A stretch of 62,856 bases of DNA, counting the filler. It is 6 parts of 6 records of this genome, joined end to end, with 100 filler letters (N's around TTAATTAATTAA, not from the genome) between each part and the next. Parts side by side here need not be neighbours in the genome. Positions count along the whole stretch, not along the records: positions 4,868 to 12,329 come from SRR20825010_6985; positions 12,430 to 20,761 come from SRR20825010_6996; 4 more parts are not named here. One strand, 5' to 3'. The notes under the pieces are model-generated. The model was not told the origin of the DNA. It was given only the letters and a program-made list of their open reading frames with translations, and did no database searches. How positions within the stretch are numbered: position 1 is the first letter of the stretch; each line of letters begins with the position of its first letter. Made by a program: the position numbers and the translations under genes. Positions 8,746-18,422 of this stretch are shown here, piece after piece.

Positions 8746-11291
8746 GGCAGAACCGGCTGAATCTTCTCCTCGCGCTGAAATTCGCGCTGCGCGAAATGCG
8801 CGGCGGGCTTTCGGGTTTCTACATCTTCCTCGCCTGCATCGCACTCGGCGTGGCCGCGATCGCCGCCGTCAATTCGGTGTCTTCGGCCGTCAATGACGGG
8901 ATCGCGGAGCGCGGCCGCGAGATCCTGGCCGCCGATATCCGCTTCGAGCGCGACAACGAACCGCTCGCCGGCGATGCGCTCGCCTGGATCGAGACGCTGG
9001 GGCCGATGTCGCAATCGGTGACGATGCGCTCGATGACAAGGCTTCCCGATGGTTCCGACCAGTCGCTGGCGGAAATCAAGGCTGTCGACGGGGCCTATCC
9101 GCTCTACGGCGCAGTGATCTCCGATCCCGCCATGCTCGTCGGCGCGGCGCTCACTGAGGCCGATGGAAAATACGGCGTTCTGGTTGCCCCGCTTCTGGCC
9201 GAACGGCTGGGGCTCGCCCCCGGCGACGGCCTGCTGCTCGGCAATGTCGAACTGAGGGTGTCGGGCACGCTGGTGCAGGAGCCCGACGCGCTTTCGGAAG
9301 GCTTTGCCTTCGCCCCGCGCATCCTGATCAGCCGGCAGGCGCTCGATGCGTCAGGCCTGATCCAGATCGGCAGCCTTGCCGAATACGGCTACCGCATCCG
9401 GCTGGCCGATCCTGCGGTGACGCCGGAGACGGTCAAGACCGAGGCGGAAGAGAAATTCCCCGATACCGGCTGGCAGATCCGCACCAGCGACCGCGCGGCG
9501 CCATCGCTCAGCGAGAATGTCGACCGGCTCTCGGAATTCCTGACGCTGGTGGGCCTTGCCACGCTGATCACCGGCGGTGTCGGGATCGCCAATGCGGTCA
9601 GCGCCTATCTCGAAAGCCGCAGGCGGGCGATCGCCGCCTTCAAATGCATGGGCGCGCCGGCCGACATGGTGGTTGCGATCTACTTCCTGCAGATCATGCT
9701 GGTGGCGCTGATCGGCATCGCGATCGGTCTGGTTCTCGGCGCCGTCATTCCGCTGATCGCGCTGCCGCTGCTTGCCTCGCTGCTCGAAATCGCGATCCCC
9801 GCCGGCGTCTTTCCCTGGGCCTTGGCGCTCGCGGCGCTGTTCGGCCTGCTGACCGCGCTGGCCTTCGCGATCCTGCCGCTGGCCGCCGCCCGCAACGTGC
9901 CGGCAACGGCGCTTCTGCGCGAGCACAGCTTCGATGAGGGCCGTCGCCCGGCCTGGCCGTTCCTGGCGGCCACCGGCGTGACGCTCGCGGCCCTTGCCGC
10001 GCTTGCGATCTTCACCGCCGAGGAGCGTTTCGTCGCGAGCGTATTTCTTGCCTCCATCGCCGGCGCCTTCGTGGTGCTGCGGCTGGTGGCGGTGGCGATC
10101 AAATGGGCGGCGGCGAAAGCCCCGCGCCCGCATGCGCCCTCGCTCCGGCTCGCGATCGGCAATATCCACCGTCCCGGCGCGCTGACGGGCTCGGTCGTGC
10201 TGTCGCTGGGCCTCGGCCTCACGCTTCTGGTCGGCCTTGCGTTGATCGACGGCAATCTCAACCGCGAGCTGTCGCGCTCGCTGCCGGAACGAGCGCCGGA
10301 TTTCTTCTTCGTCGATATCCAGGGCAGCGAGGTCGATGGCTTCAAGGCGCTGATCGACGAGGAAGCTCCCGACGGCGAACTGGAACTGGTGCCGATGCTG
10401 CGCGGCCGCATCCTGAGCCTGAACGATACCAGGGCAAGCGAATGGGACGCGCCCTCCGAAGAGGCCAAATGGGTGCTCAGAGGCGATCGCGGCATCACCT
10501 ATGACGCCGACCTGCCGGAAAATTCGTCACTTGCCGAGGGCGAGTGGTGGCCCGAGGATTACAGCGGCGAACCGCTGGTCTCGTTTTCCGCCGAAGAGGG
10601 CCGCGAGCTCGGTCTCAAGCTCGGCGATACCGTGACGATCAGCGTGCTCGGCCGCGATATCACCGCGACGATTGCCAATTTCCGCAATGTCGAATGGGAT
10701 TCGCTGTCGATCAACTTCGTGATGGTGTTCTCGCCCAACACCTTTGCCGGCGCACCGCATGCCTGGCTTGCGACCCTCACCGATCCCGGCGCCGACACCG
10801 CGAAGAACGCCGACATTCTGGGCGCCGTGACCCGCGCATTCCCGACGGTCACCACAATCGAGGTGAAAGCGGCCCTGGAGATTGCGGGCGACCTCGTCAG
10901 CCAGCTTGCAACCGCGATCCGGGCGGCGGCGGCAATCGCGCTGGTCGCCTCAGTGCTGGTGCTCTCCGGCGCGCTTGCCGCCGGCAATCGCCGTCGCGGG
11001 CATGATGCGGTGGTGATGAAGACGCTGGGTGCGACCCGCCCGGCGCTGATCCGGGCGTTTGTCTACGAATACCTGTTGCTGGGGCTTGCGACCGGCGTTT
11101 TCGCGCTCGCCGCCGGTTCGGCCGCTTCATGGTATGCGCTGACGAAGATCATGATGCTGCCCTTCGCGCTGTTGCCGGCCGTGGCGCTCGCCACCGTCCT
11201 CGGCGCGGTGATCGTCACCGTCGCCATCGGCCTTGCCGGCACCTGGCATCTCCTCGGCCAGAAGCCCGCGCTATACCTGCGCGAGCTTTGA
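8742..11291 (+). CDS. ABC transporter permease, FtsX/MacB type (YbbP-like)
   Basis: 849 aa with two FtsX-like TM clusters, ALREMRGG and APDFFFVDIQ; coupled to the ATPase gene. Confidence 0.92.
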   Translation: MRQNRLNLLLALKFALREMRGGLSGFYIFLACIALGVAAIAAVNSVSSAVNDGIAERGREILAADIRFERDNEPLAGDALAWIETLGPMSQSVTMRSMTRLPDGSDQSLAEIKAVDGAYPLYGAVISDPAMLVGAALTEADGKYGVLVAPLLAERLGLAPGDGLLLGNVELRVSGTLVQEPDALSEGFAFAPRILISRQALDASGLIQIGSLAEYGYRIRLADPAVTPETVKTEAEEKFPDTGWQIRTSDRAAPSLSENVDRLSEFLTLVGLATLITGGVGIANAVSAYLESRRRAIAAFKCMGAPADMVVAIYFLQIMLVALIGIAIGLVLGAVIPLIALPLLASLLEIAIPAGVFPWALALAALFGLLTALAFAILPLAAARNVPATALLREHSFDEGRRPAWPFLAATGVTLAALAALAIFTAEERFVASVFLASIAGAFVVLRLVAVAIKWAAAKAPRPHAPSLRLAIGNIHRPGALTGSVVLSLGLGLTLLVGLALIDGNLNRELSRSLPERAPDFFFVDIQGSEVDGFKALIDEEAPDGELELVPMLRGRILSLNDTRASEWDAPSEEAKWVLRGDRGITYDADLPENSSLAEGEWWPEDYSGEPLVSFSAEEGRELGLKLGDTVTISVLGRDITATIANFRNVEWDSLSINFVMVFSPNTFAGAPHAWLATLTDPGADTAKNADILGAVTRAFPTVTTIEVKAALEIAGDLVSQLATAIRAAAAIALVASVLVLSGALAAGNRRRGHDAVVMKTLGATRPALIRAFVYEYLLLGLATGVFALAAGSAASWYALTKIMMLPFALLPAVALATVLGAVIVTVAIGLAGTWHLLGQKPALYLREL

Positions 11292-11299
11292 GGGCGAGG

Positions 11300-11503
11300 C
11301 TATTTGTCGCGGCGCAGCGCGTCCAGCAGTTCGGCGTTGCGGCGGTCGGCCCAGTAGTTCTGGACCGCGAACAGGGCCCACAATGCAGCAATCGGCCAGC
11401 CGATCAGGGTGATCTGCAGGATCAGGCAGATAATCCCGGAAAACGGTTTGCCGATCGTGAAAAACGAAAGCCATGGCAGAATGACGGCGATGAAATAGCG
11501 CAT
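11300..11503 (-). CDS. YqaE/Pmp3 family small membrane protein
   Basis: 67 aa MRYFIAVILPWLSFF...ITLIGWPIAALWA hydrophobic hairpin. Confidence 0.8.
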   Translation of the reverse strand: MRYFIAVILPWLSFFTIGKPFSGIICLILQITLIGWPIAALWALFAVQNYWADRRNAELLDALRRDK

Positions 11504-11651
11504 GAAGACCTCTTTCCCTGCGGCCGGCCCCGAGAGCGGATGCGCGGCCTTTTCCAGGTGAAATGGTGCTTCCTGTTCCGGTTTTGCAGGGCGCGGGAGG
11601 TATTTCTTACGAAAATTTGAGGAATTGCAGACCGAATTCAAACGGATATGC

Positions 11652-11680
11652 CTTGTATCGCGTCCCCGTTCCCCTCATAT
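11652..11680 (+). promoter_or_regulatory. Putative RpoH (sigma32) promoter
   Basis: CTTGTA-N16-CTCATAT resembles the alphaproteobacterial RpoH consensus CTTGAA-N16-CCTATAT. Confidence 0.5.
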
Positions 11681-11684
11681 TGAC

Positions 11685-11775
11685 AGCAGGCTTGCTGGAG
11701 CCCCCCAGCGGCGCCTGGGCTTTTGCCGTACGGCAATGCCCGACACCGTGAACAACGAGGGGCTTTATTAGAGGA
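11685..11775 (+). ncRNA. Putative ybhL leader cis-regulatory RNA
   Basis: ~100-nt leader with hairpins (CCCAG-cggcgc-CTGGG; TTGCCG-TA-CGGCAA) directly upstream of a YbhL/BI-1 gene; boundaries approximate. Confidence 0.55.
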
Positions 11776-11780
11776 ACTCA

Positions 11781-12329
11781 ATGGCTGATCTTCGCAACTA
11801 TCAGAACCGCGCGCAGGCGGGAGCGCAGGCGAGCGCTGAAATCGATCAGGGACTGCGCACCTACATGCTGCGCGTCTACAATCTCATGGCGCTTGGTCTT
11901 GTGATCACCGGCATCGCGGCCTACGGAGTTTTCACTGCTGCGGTTGCCGGCGATGCCGGTGGCCAGATGCAGCTCACCCAGTTCGGTCAGGTCATGTACG
12001 CCTCGCCGCTGAAGTGGCTCGTCATGTTCGCGCCGCTGATCGCCTTCTTCTTCCTGGCGTTCCGGATCAACAAGATGAGCGTCGCCGCCGCGCAGACAGC
12101 GTTCTGGGTCTACGCCGCGCTGACGGGCATTTCGCTGTCGACGATCTTCCTGGTTTATACCGGACAGAGCGTCGTCCAGACCTTCTTCATCACCGCCGCT
12201 TCCTTCGGCGCGCTGTCGCTTTACGGCTACACCACCAAGCGCGACCTGTCGGCGATGGGTTCTTTCATGGTGATCGGCCTGTTCGGCGTGATCATCGCCA
12301 TGGTGGTCAACATCTTCCTGCAGTCGAGC
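11781..12329 (+). CDS. Bax inhibitor-1/YccA/YbhL membrane protein (3' truncated)
   Basis: IDQGLRTYMLRVYNLMALGL, LYGYTTKRDLS motifs. Confidence 0.93.
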
Positions 12330-12429
12330 NNNNNNNNNNNNNNNNNNNNNNNNNNNNNNNNNNNNNNNNNNNNTTAATTAATTAANNNNNNNNNNNNNNN
12401 NNNNNNNNNNNNNNNNNNNNNNNNNNNNN
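12330..12429. other. Artificial contig linker
   Basis: N44-TTAATTAATTAA-N44. Confidence 0.99.
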
Positions 12430-12686
12430 ATGTTGCGGGTGCCGCCGGCGCCGGCGCCGCACTGGTCGACCGCCGCATGCATCGCCGCGATGACTTTCGG
12501 ATTCTGGCCCATGCCGAGATAGTCATTGGAACACCAGACGGTCACGTCATGGGTGCTGCCGTCCTCGCGGTGGCGCGTGGCACGGGGGAAACCGCCGGCA
12601 TGCCGCTCAAGTTCTGCAAAGACGCGGTAGTTTCCCGCCTTGTGCAGCGTATCGAGCTGTGAAGTGAAGTAGCGGTTGAAGTCCAT
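12430..12686 (-). CDS. hemA: 5-aminolevulinate synthase (3' truncated)
   Basis: GNYRVFAELER, VWCSNDYLGMG, GAGAGGTRN. Confidence 0.95.
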
Positions 12687-12705
12687 CTGGGTATTCCCCC
12701 TGAGC

Positions 12706-13548
12706 TCAGGCCCGCGCGGTTGCACGGGGAGTTTTGGTTTCCGGTGTGGTGTGAATGAGGGCCGGGTGGTCCCGGTTCTTCTCGGACGAGGCCTTGCCTG
12801 CCTTTTCCATCGCCCAGCCCCAGAGGGCCGAATCCCGGACCGGCAGGACAAGGAACAGGTGTTCGATCAGCGCCAGCGCGGCAAACGAGGCAAGCAGCGT
12901 CCATTTGACCGCCGCATGATCGGTCGTTGCCGTTGCCGCCGCCGCCACCAGCCAGGCCAGCAGTATGGCGCTGCCGCACAGCGAGAGGTAGAACCATCCG
13001 CTGGTCCGGTCGGTGCGGAAATAGCTTTTCAGATACGACAGCCGGTCGGGCAGCATGTCGCTGATCGCGTGGCGGGCGCCGAGATAGATGTTGAGCTTGG
13101 TCGAGATGCGCATCACCCACAGCAGGCAGAAGGTCAAAAGCCCCGTCGTGTTCACGGCATCGCTCATCAGCCACAATAGCCCAAGCACGGTGGCGAACAG
13201 GGCGATCTCGTGGTCCCGCACGGTCAGGAACGCCGCCCGGAAGCGGGTCTTCTCGCGCGGCGCTTCTCCGGCCGCAACGCGCCGCGGACCGGTGACCAGA
13301 CCGATCAGGAAGGTCGTCTCATGCCAGGCCCACAAGGCCAGAGCAGAAAAGAACGCGAGATAGGCCGAGGCCGCGGTGGAACTGCCCGCGGTGGCCAGCA
13401 TTCCGAAGAGACCCAGCAGGGCAACCCCGGATGCGAGCGCCGTCACCGTCTTGAAGTAGCGGTTTCCTGCCCGCGCCAGCGCCAGCACCAGCCCGGTGGC
13501 GACCCACCAGGCGAGGCTTGCGATCAGCACTGCGGACAGGAAAATCAT
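12706..13548 (-). CDS. puhE: Photosynthetic complex assembly protein PuhE
   Basis: WWVATGLVL, WAWHE..GLVTGPRR, MRISTKLNIYLG, EHLFLVLP; position after acsF. Confidence 0.9.
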   Translation of the reverse strand: MIFLSAVLIASLAWWVATGLVLALARAGNRYFKTVTALASGVALLGLFGMLATAGSSTAASAYLAFFSALALWAWHETTFLIGLVTGPRRVAAGEAPREKTRFRAAFLTVRDHEIALFATVLGLLWLMSDAVNTTGLLTFCLLWVMRISTKLNIYLGARHAISDMLPDRLSYLKSYFRTDRTSGWFYLSLCGSAILLAWLVAAAATATTDHAAVKWTLLASFAALALIEHLFLVLPVRDSALWGWAMEKAGKASSEKNRDHPALIHTTPETKTPRATARA

Positions 13549-13560
13549 CGCGCTGTCTCC

Positions 13561-14664
13561 TTACCAGACCGGCTGCAGCCGGCTCTTCGCCGGCACCTGG
13601 TTGGTCTTGGTCGGGATCATGTAGAGCCGTGCGAAGGCGAGCCCGGCGCGGCCCATGTGCCAGCCCTTGGCGATCTTGCCCGAGAGGCCGCCCCGTTCCT
13701 CGGCCGCGTTGATGGCGGCGTTGATCCGGTTGAGCTTGCGCAGGCTGGCGATGAAACCGGGATGGTCGAGATCCAGCGTGATCGGGAAGACTTGGCGGGT
13801 GATCTCGCTGGTCAGCCGGAACACGCGCATGTCGTAGTCCTCGATGCCGATGTCGAGCGCCTTGTGAAACGCGGGACGGGCGTGATCGCGGACATACATG
13901 GTCGCAAACACGGCGAGCAGGAAGAACTTGATCCAGTAGGTGTTGCCGCCCGAAATCAGCTTCGGGTCCGAGCGCATGATCAGCGAAAACGCCTCGCCGT
14001 GCCGGAACTCGTCATTGCACCATTCCTCGAACCACTTGAAGATCGGGTGGAAGCGCTTGTCCGGGTTTTTCTGCAGATGCCGGAAGATGGTGATGTAGCG
14101 GGCGTAACCGATCTTTTCCGACAGGTAGGTCGCGTAGTAGATGAATTTCGGCCGGAAATAGGTGTACTTCTTGGCCTTGGCCAGAAACCCCATGTTGACG
14201 CCGATGTTGAACTCTTTCAGCGCGTCGTTGATGAAACCGGCATGGCGGCTTTCATCCCGGCTCATCAGCCCGAACAGCTCGCAGATTTCCTTGTTTGTGC
14301 CGCGGCGTTTCATTTCCTTGTAGAGCACGCAGCCGGAAAATTCAGCCGTCAGCGAGGAGACCAGGAAGTCGATGAATTCCCGGCGCAGGTCGTCGGGCAG
14401 GGCGTCGATGTCGATCTGGTCCCAGTCGGCATTGCGCTTGAAATGGCCCTTGTTCGGGTCCGAGCGCATTTCGGCGATCAACTCGTCCCATTCCTCCCGC
14501 ACGCCCGACACGTCGAGACGGTCCATCTCGTCGAAGTCGGTGGTGTAGAACCGCGGGTTGAGCATGGTCGATTCGACCGCGGTCTTGGTCGTGTCGTTGA
14601 TGTCGGGCTGGGCGCCCGCGGCGGCATTGGATCTGGCAAGATCGGGTTCAACGTGCTTGTTCAT
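13561..14664 (-). CDS. acsF: Aerobic Mg-protoporphyrin IX monomethyl ester cyclase
   Basis: PRFYTTDF, AEFSGCVLY, diiron DESRH and DEFRH motifs. Confidence 0.97.
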   Translation of the reverse strand: MNKHVEPDLARSNAAAGAQPDINDTTKTAVESTMLNPRFYTTDFDEMDRLDVSGVREEWDELIAEMRSDPNKGHFKRNADWDQIDIDALPDDLRREFIDFLVSSLTAEFSGCVLYKEMKRRGTNKEICELFGLMSRDESRHAGFINDALKEFNIGVNMGFLAKAKKYTYFRPKFIYYATYLSEKIGYARYITIFRHLQKNPDKRFHPIFKWFEEWCNDEFRHGEAFSLIMRSDPKLISGGNTYWIKFFLLAVFATMYVRDHARPAFHKALDIGIEDYDMRVFRLTSEITRQVFPITLDLDHPGFIASLRKLNRINAAINAAEERGGLSGKIAKGWHMGRAGLAFARLYMIPTKTNQVPAKSRLQPVW

Positions 14665-14966
14665 GCTCGTGCCCTCTCTGAAAAGCTGAATTCACACAGT
14701 TCCATGAACTCGAAATCGCCGGTGGCGCGTGTCCATGTGCGTTCAAGCGCGCTGGCGCGTGTGATCGTCGCCGTCCGGCGGAAAACCTCGCGGTGGCCGT
14801 AGGGCACCTCGACAGGCGCGCCGTGGACCATCACCTCGTCGCCGGGATGGACCACCACTCCGTTGTCGAAGCGCAAATGGGCGCCCAGTTCCTCGAATGT
14901 GTTGTTGATTTCGACCGTGCACGGAACCTCTTCCCTGCGCCGTCCTATCAGCGGTGTCTTGCTCAT
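14661..14966 (-). CDS. Conserved small protein of photosynthesis clusters (between puhC and acsF)
   Basis: 101 aa VPCTVEI...PGDEVMVHG...ELCEFSFS; overlaps both neighbours by 4 nt. Confidence 0.8.
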   Translation of the reverse strand: MSKTPLIGRRREEVPCTVEINNTFEELGAHLRFDNGVVVHPGDEVMVHGAPVEVPYGHREVFRRTATITRASALERTWTRATGDFEFMELCEFSFSERARA

Positions 14967-15469
14967 GGCTTCTCATTCCCTCTCGAAGCTAGCAGTTCAG
15001 CATAAGCGGCGGCGTTATCGGGCCCGAAGGCATTGAGAAAAAGCCGTTCGCCGGTGGCGGTATCGGAGAGCGACACTGAGCCGTTCTCCCATCTGATCAG
15101 CCGGTAAGGCAGACCTTCAGGCGTTTCAGCCATCAGCCGGATGCGGGACAGCGCGCGCAGCGAGCCCCGCACGAAACCACCCTGTTCCGGCGCAAGGGTG
15201 GTGATTGCTTCGCCCGTCCGGGCGTCGTAAATCGTGATCTCCGTATCGTGGGCGCCCACGATCCGGATGTCGCGGATCGCCTGGGGCTGGCCATAGACGT
15301 TGAGCACTGTGCCGATGCCGGTCTTCATCCCGAAGAGCGTCGCGGCGACCGAGAACCCGAGCAGTCCCAGGCCAAGCACCAGCGGAAACCGCGGAAACCG
15401 GCGCGCCTTTCGGCCCGTCGATTGCGGTCCGCGGTTTGCCTCGGGATAGTGGGGGCTCAACGCGATCAT
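14963..15469 (-). CDS. puhC: Photosynthetic complex assembly protein PuhC
   Basis: One TM; GGFVRGSLRALSRIR, LSDTATG...AFGPDN. Confidence 0.9.
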   Translation of the reverse strand: MIALSPHYPEANRGPQSTGRKARRFPRFPLVLGLGLLGFSVAATLFGMKTGIGTVLNVYGQPQAIRDIRIVGAHDTEITIYDARTGEAITTLAPEQGGFVRGSLRALSRIRLMAETPEGLPYRLIRWENGSVSLSDTATGERLFLNAFGPDNAAAYAELLASRGNEKP

Positions 15470-15473
15470 GATC

Positions 15474-16154
15474 CTACTCCGCGGCTTCTATGGCGGGGGC
15501 GGATGACACCGGTCCTGCCTGTTTGAGGGAGGCGGATGCCAGTCTCTCCGCGATCCTTGGCGTTCTGCTGACTGCGAGCGCTGACGACAGCACGTTGGCT
15601 GCGACGGCGACGTCCTTCAGGCAGATCATCTGCGGCATCAGCGCGCCTTTCTTGAAGCCGCGCACATGCGGCCAGAACACCAGCCAGGACAGCCGGTCGC
15701 CCGGTTTCAGCGTCAGCGCGATATCGCCGGACCCGTCCGGGCCCTCGCGCATGTCAGCCGAGACAATCCGGGTGAACGGCAGGTTGAACGTCGCCGAAAG
15801 CGCCACGCCGATGCGCATGACGACGCGCTTGTTGGTGATCGTGTAGAGCGTGGTTTTCTGCACCCCCCAGGCGAACGCCTCCATCAGGCCGATCGCGATC
15901 ATCGACAGGATGGCGAGCGCGCCCGACGAGAACAGGATCTCGCTCGGCAGCCGGCCGTCATAGATGCCGGCGGTGATGTTCCAGGTTACCAGCACCGCGA
16001 AATAGCCCGCGATCCAGCGCGTCTTCATCACCTGCCGCGAGACCTTCGCCGAAGACGGCGCGCCCTGCCACAGGATGTACTCGCCTTCCGGCAACCGGCC
16101 GGGAAGGCCGGGCACCGGTTCATAGTCGTGTTCGGGTCCGCCGGTCTCGCTCAT
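15474..16154 (-). CDS. puhB: Photosynthetic complex assembly protein PuhB
   Basis: EPVPGLPGRLPEGEYILWQGAP, YTITNKRVVMRIGVAL, WPHVR. Confidence 0.93.
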   Translation of the reverse strand: MSETGGPEHDYEPVPGLPGRLPEGEYILWQGAPSSAKVSRQVMKTRWIAGYFAVLVTWNITAGIYDGRLPSEILFSSGALAILSMIAIGLMEAFAWGVQKTTLYTITNKRVVMRIGVALSATFNLPFTRIVSADMREGPDGSGDIALTLKPGDRLSWLVFWPHVRGFKKGALMPQMICLKDVAVAANVLSSALAVSRTPRIAERLASASLKQAGPVSSAPAIEAAE

Positions 16155-16948
16155 GCCAGCGGCTCCTGGCGGCTCGGATCGGCATAAAGCAGGCCGGAAC
16201 CGAAATAGGCGGTGATCCGGTCTTCCTCAAGGAAGCTCACGCTGTCGGCCTGCTTGGTGCCGGGGACCATTGCGAACTGCTCGCCGCGCAGCGCGTGCAC
16301 GTAGAAGATCCGCTCCCCGTCCTTGGTCTTTCGGAAGACGCCGAAATTGATCGGCGCCAGGATCTGCCGCGGTGCATCGCCCACTTCCGTGGTGACCTCG
16401 AGGTAGCGCAGCATCTGTTCCGAGCGGTCCACCCAGACATCGGAAACGGTTCCGGCCACCACCAGGTCATAACCGACCACCCGCAGGCCGACCGGGTTGG
16501 TCTCGCCCTCGGCGACAGCGAAATCGCTCGCCACTCTCAGCGGCACGATCTTGGCCTTGCCGTCATGGCTGAGGTCCGGCGTGTCCGAGCGTTCCGCCCA
16601 GGAGCCGGGGCCGATCGAATCCAGCATCGGGGTCTCGCCGGTCGGCACATAGGGCGCGCCGGAGAAATTCGCGATCTTGACGCCCGGCACGGGCCGGTCG
16701 GTATTGTCCCGCTTGTCGTTGGGGATCGACACCTCGCCGTGGCCGTGCGGCAGCAGGAAGGTCTTGGCCGGCGGCAGGAACAGCCAGTCGTCGCGGTTGA
16801 AAGCGCCCGACTGGTCGGCTTCCAGCGGATAGCCTTCGCGGCGGTCTTCCTGCCGTATGTAGAAAAGCAGCAGCGCGAAGAACACCCAGAACGCGTAAAG
16901 CGTCACCTGGGCGACATCGATATAGGCTGTGATGGCTCCGGTTTCCAT
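16151..16948 (-). CDS. puhA: Photosynthetic reaction centre H subunit
   Basis: METGAITAYIDVAQVTLYAFW, EDRREGYPL, PRC barrel, LEEDRITAYFGSG. Confidence 0.97.
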   Translation of the reverse strand: METGAITAYIDVAQVTLYAFWVFFALLLFYIRQEDRREGYPLEADQSGAFNRDDWLFLPPAKTFLLPHGHGEVSIPNDKRDNTDRPVPGVKIANFSGAPYVPTGETPMLDSIGPGSWAERSDTPDLSHDGKAKIVPLRVASDFAVAEGETNPVGLRVVGYDLVVAGTVSDVWVDRSEQMLRYLEVTTEVGDAPRQILAPINFGVFRKTKDGERIFYVHALRGEQFAMVPGTKQADSVSFLEEDRITAYFGSGLLYADPSRQEPLA

Positions 16949-16976
16949 GACTTCTCTCCTTCAAGCGCGCGGCACG

Positions 16977-18422
16977 TCAGCCGGGCATGTCTGCCAGCCC
17001 GAAGCGTCGGCTCCGGGTCTGATGAGGGGTTTGGATGCTGCGTGATGCCAGCGGCCCAAGAGCCGCGAGCGCCGCAAACAGCAGCCCGATTTCAAGGTGG
17101 TAGACGACGCTGTATCCGGCAGCCGGCGCGCTGAGCGCGGCACCCGGTTCTGCCCCGGCCACCAGGCTGTTGACGCCGTCGCGGATCAGGCCGCCTGCGG
17201 CGAGCCCGAGTCCGATGGCGGTCGCCTGGACCGCGCCCCAGGCGCCGATGGCGAGCCCATTGTCGGATTTCTCCGCGATATCCATCGCCGCGAGCATGGT
17301 GCAGACGGCAAACAAACCTCCGCCGAACCCGATGATCCCGGCTCCGGTGCGGAACAGGTTGGCGGCATGAAGCGGCTCGGCAAAGATGATGGCCGAAAAC
17401 CCGACGATGCCCGACAGCAGCCCCATGGCGGCAAGCCGGTACATGTTGGCGCCCTTCTGCAGGGCGCGGCCGGCATGGGCAAAGCCGAGCAGGGTGCCCG
17501 AAGCCCAGATCGCCGTCAGCAAGGTCGTCTGGCTGACCGAAAGCTTGAGCACTTCGCCGCCATAGGGCTCGAGCAGCACGTCCTGCATCGAGAACGCGGC
17601 CGCGCCGAGCGCTACGGCGACCAGCAGGCGGATGGTACCCTTCTCCTTGCGGTAGGCGGCAAAGGCTTCGCTGAACTGTGGTGTCTCGCGGTCGTGCCGT
17701 GTCGCTACCGGGTTGCGCGGCTCCTGCTTCCACAGGCAGATGACGTTGAGCACCACGGTGACGACGGCAGCCCCCTGGACCACCTTGATCAGGATCAGCG
17801 GCGAATAGTTGCGCAGCAGGATGGCGAAGACGATCGAGGCGATCAGCATGCCGACCAGCAGCATCACATACATCAGCGCCACCACCCGCGGCCGGTTGTC
17901 ATCAGCCGAAAGATCGGTCGCCAGCGCCAGCCCGGCGGTCTGCGCCATGTGCATGCCGATTCCGACAAGCAGGAAGGCCAGCAGCGCGCCCGCAGGGCCC
18001 GCCCATTCCGGGCCGGTGGTCTGTGATTGCAGCAGCAGCAGCGCGAACGGCATGATCGCCAGCCCGCCGAACTGCAGGATGGTGCCAAGCCAGATATAGG
18101 GCACGCGGCGCACGCCGAGCGCGGACTTGTAGGTGTCCGAGCGATGGCCGATCAGCGCCCGGAACGGCGCAGCCAGCACCGGGATCGCCACCATCAGCGC
18201 AACCAGCGATGTCGGCACACCGAGCTCGACGATCATCACGCGGTTGAGCGTGCCCGTGAGAAGGACCGCCGCCATGCCGATCGACCACTGGAACATCGAC
18301 AACCGCAGCAGCCTGCCAAGCGGAAGATCCTCGGTCGCCGCATCCGCGAAAGGCAGATAGCGCGGGCCGAGCGACTTCCATGTGTCGAGCATCTTGCGGT
18401 TGGCTTTGGCCACGAGTGTCAT
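16977..18422 (-). CDS. lhaA: LH1 assembly protein, PucC/BCD family MFS
   Basis: LPFADAAT, GTLNRVMIVELG, MQDVLLEPYGG, GAWGAVQATA; between bchM and puhA. Confidence 0.93.
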   Translation of the reverse strand: MTLVAKANRKMLDTWKSLGPRYLPFADAATEDLPLGRLLRLSMFQWSIGMAAVLLTGTLNRVMIVELGVPTSLVALMVAIPVLAAPFRALIGHRSDTYKSALGVRRVPYIWLGTILQFGGLAIMPFALLLLQSQTTGPEWAGPAGALLAFLLVGIGMHMAQTAGLALATDLSADDNRPRVVALMYVMLLVGMLIASIVFAILLRNYSPLILIKVVQGAAVVTVVLNVICLWKQEPRNPVATRHDRETPQFSEAFAAYRKEKGTIRLLVAVALGAAAFSMQDVLLEPYGGEVLKLSVSQTTLLTAIWASGTLLGFAHAGRALQKGANMYRLAAMGLLSGIVGFSAIIFAEPLHAANLFRTGAGIIGFGGGLFAVCTMLAAMDIAEKSDNGLAIGAWGAVQATAIGLGLAAGGLIRDGVNSLVAGAEPGAALSAPAAGYSVVYHLEIGLLFAALAALGPLASRSIQTPHQTRSRRFGLADMPG

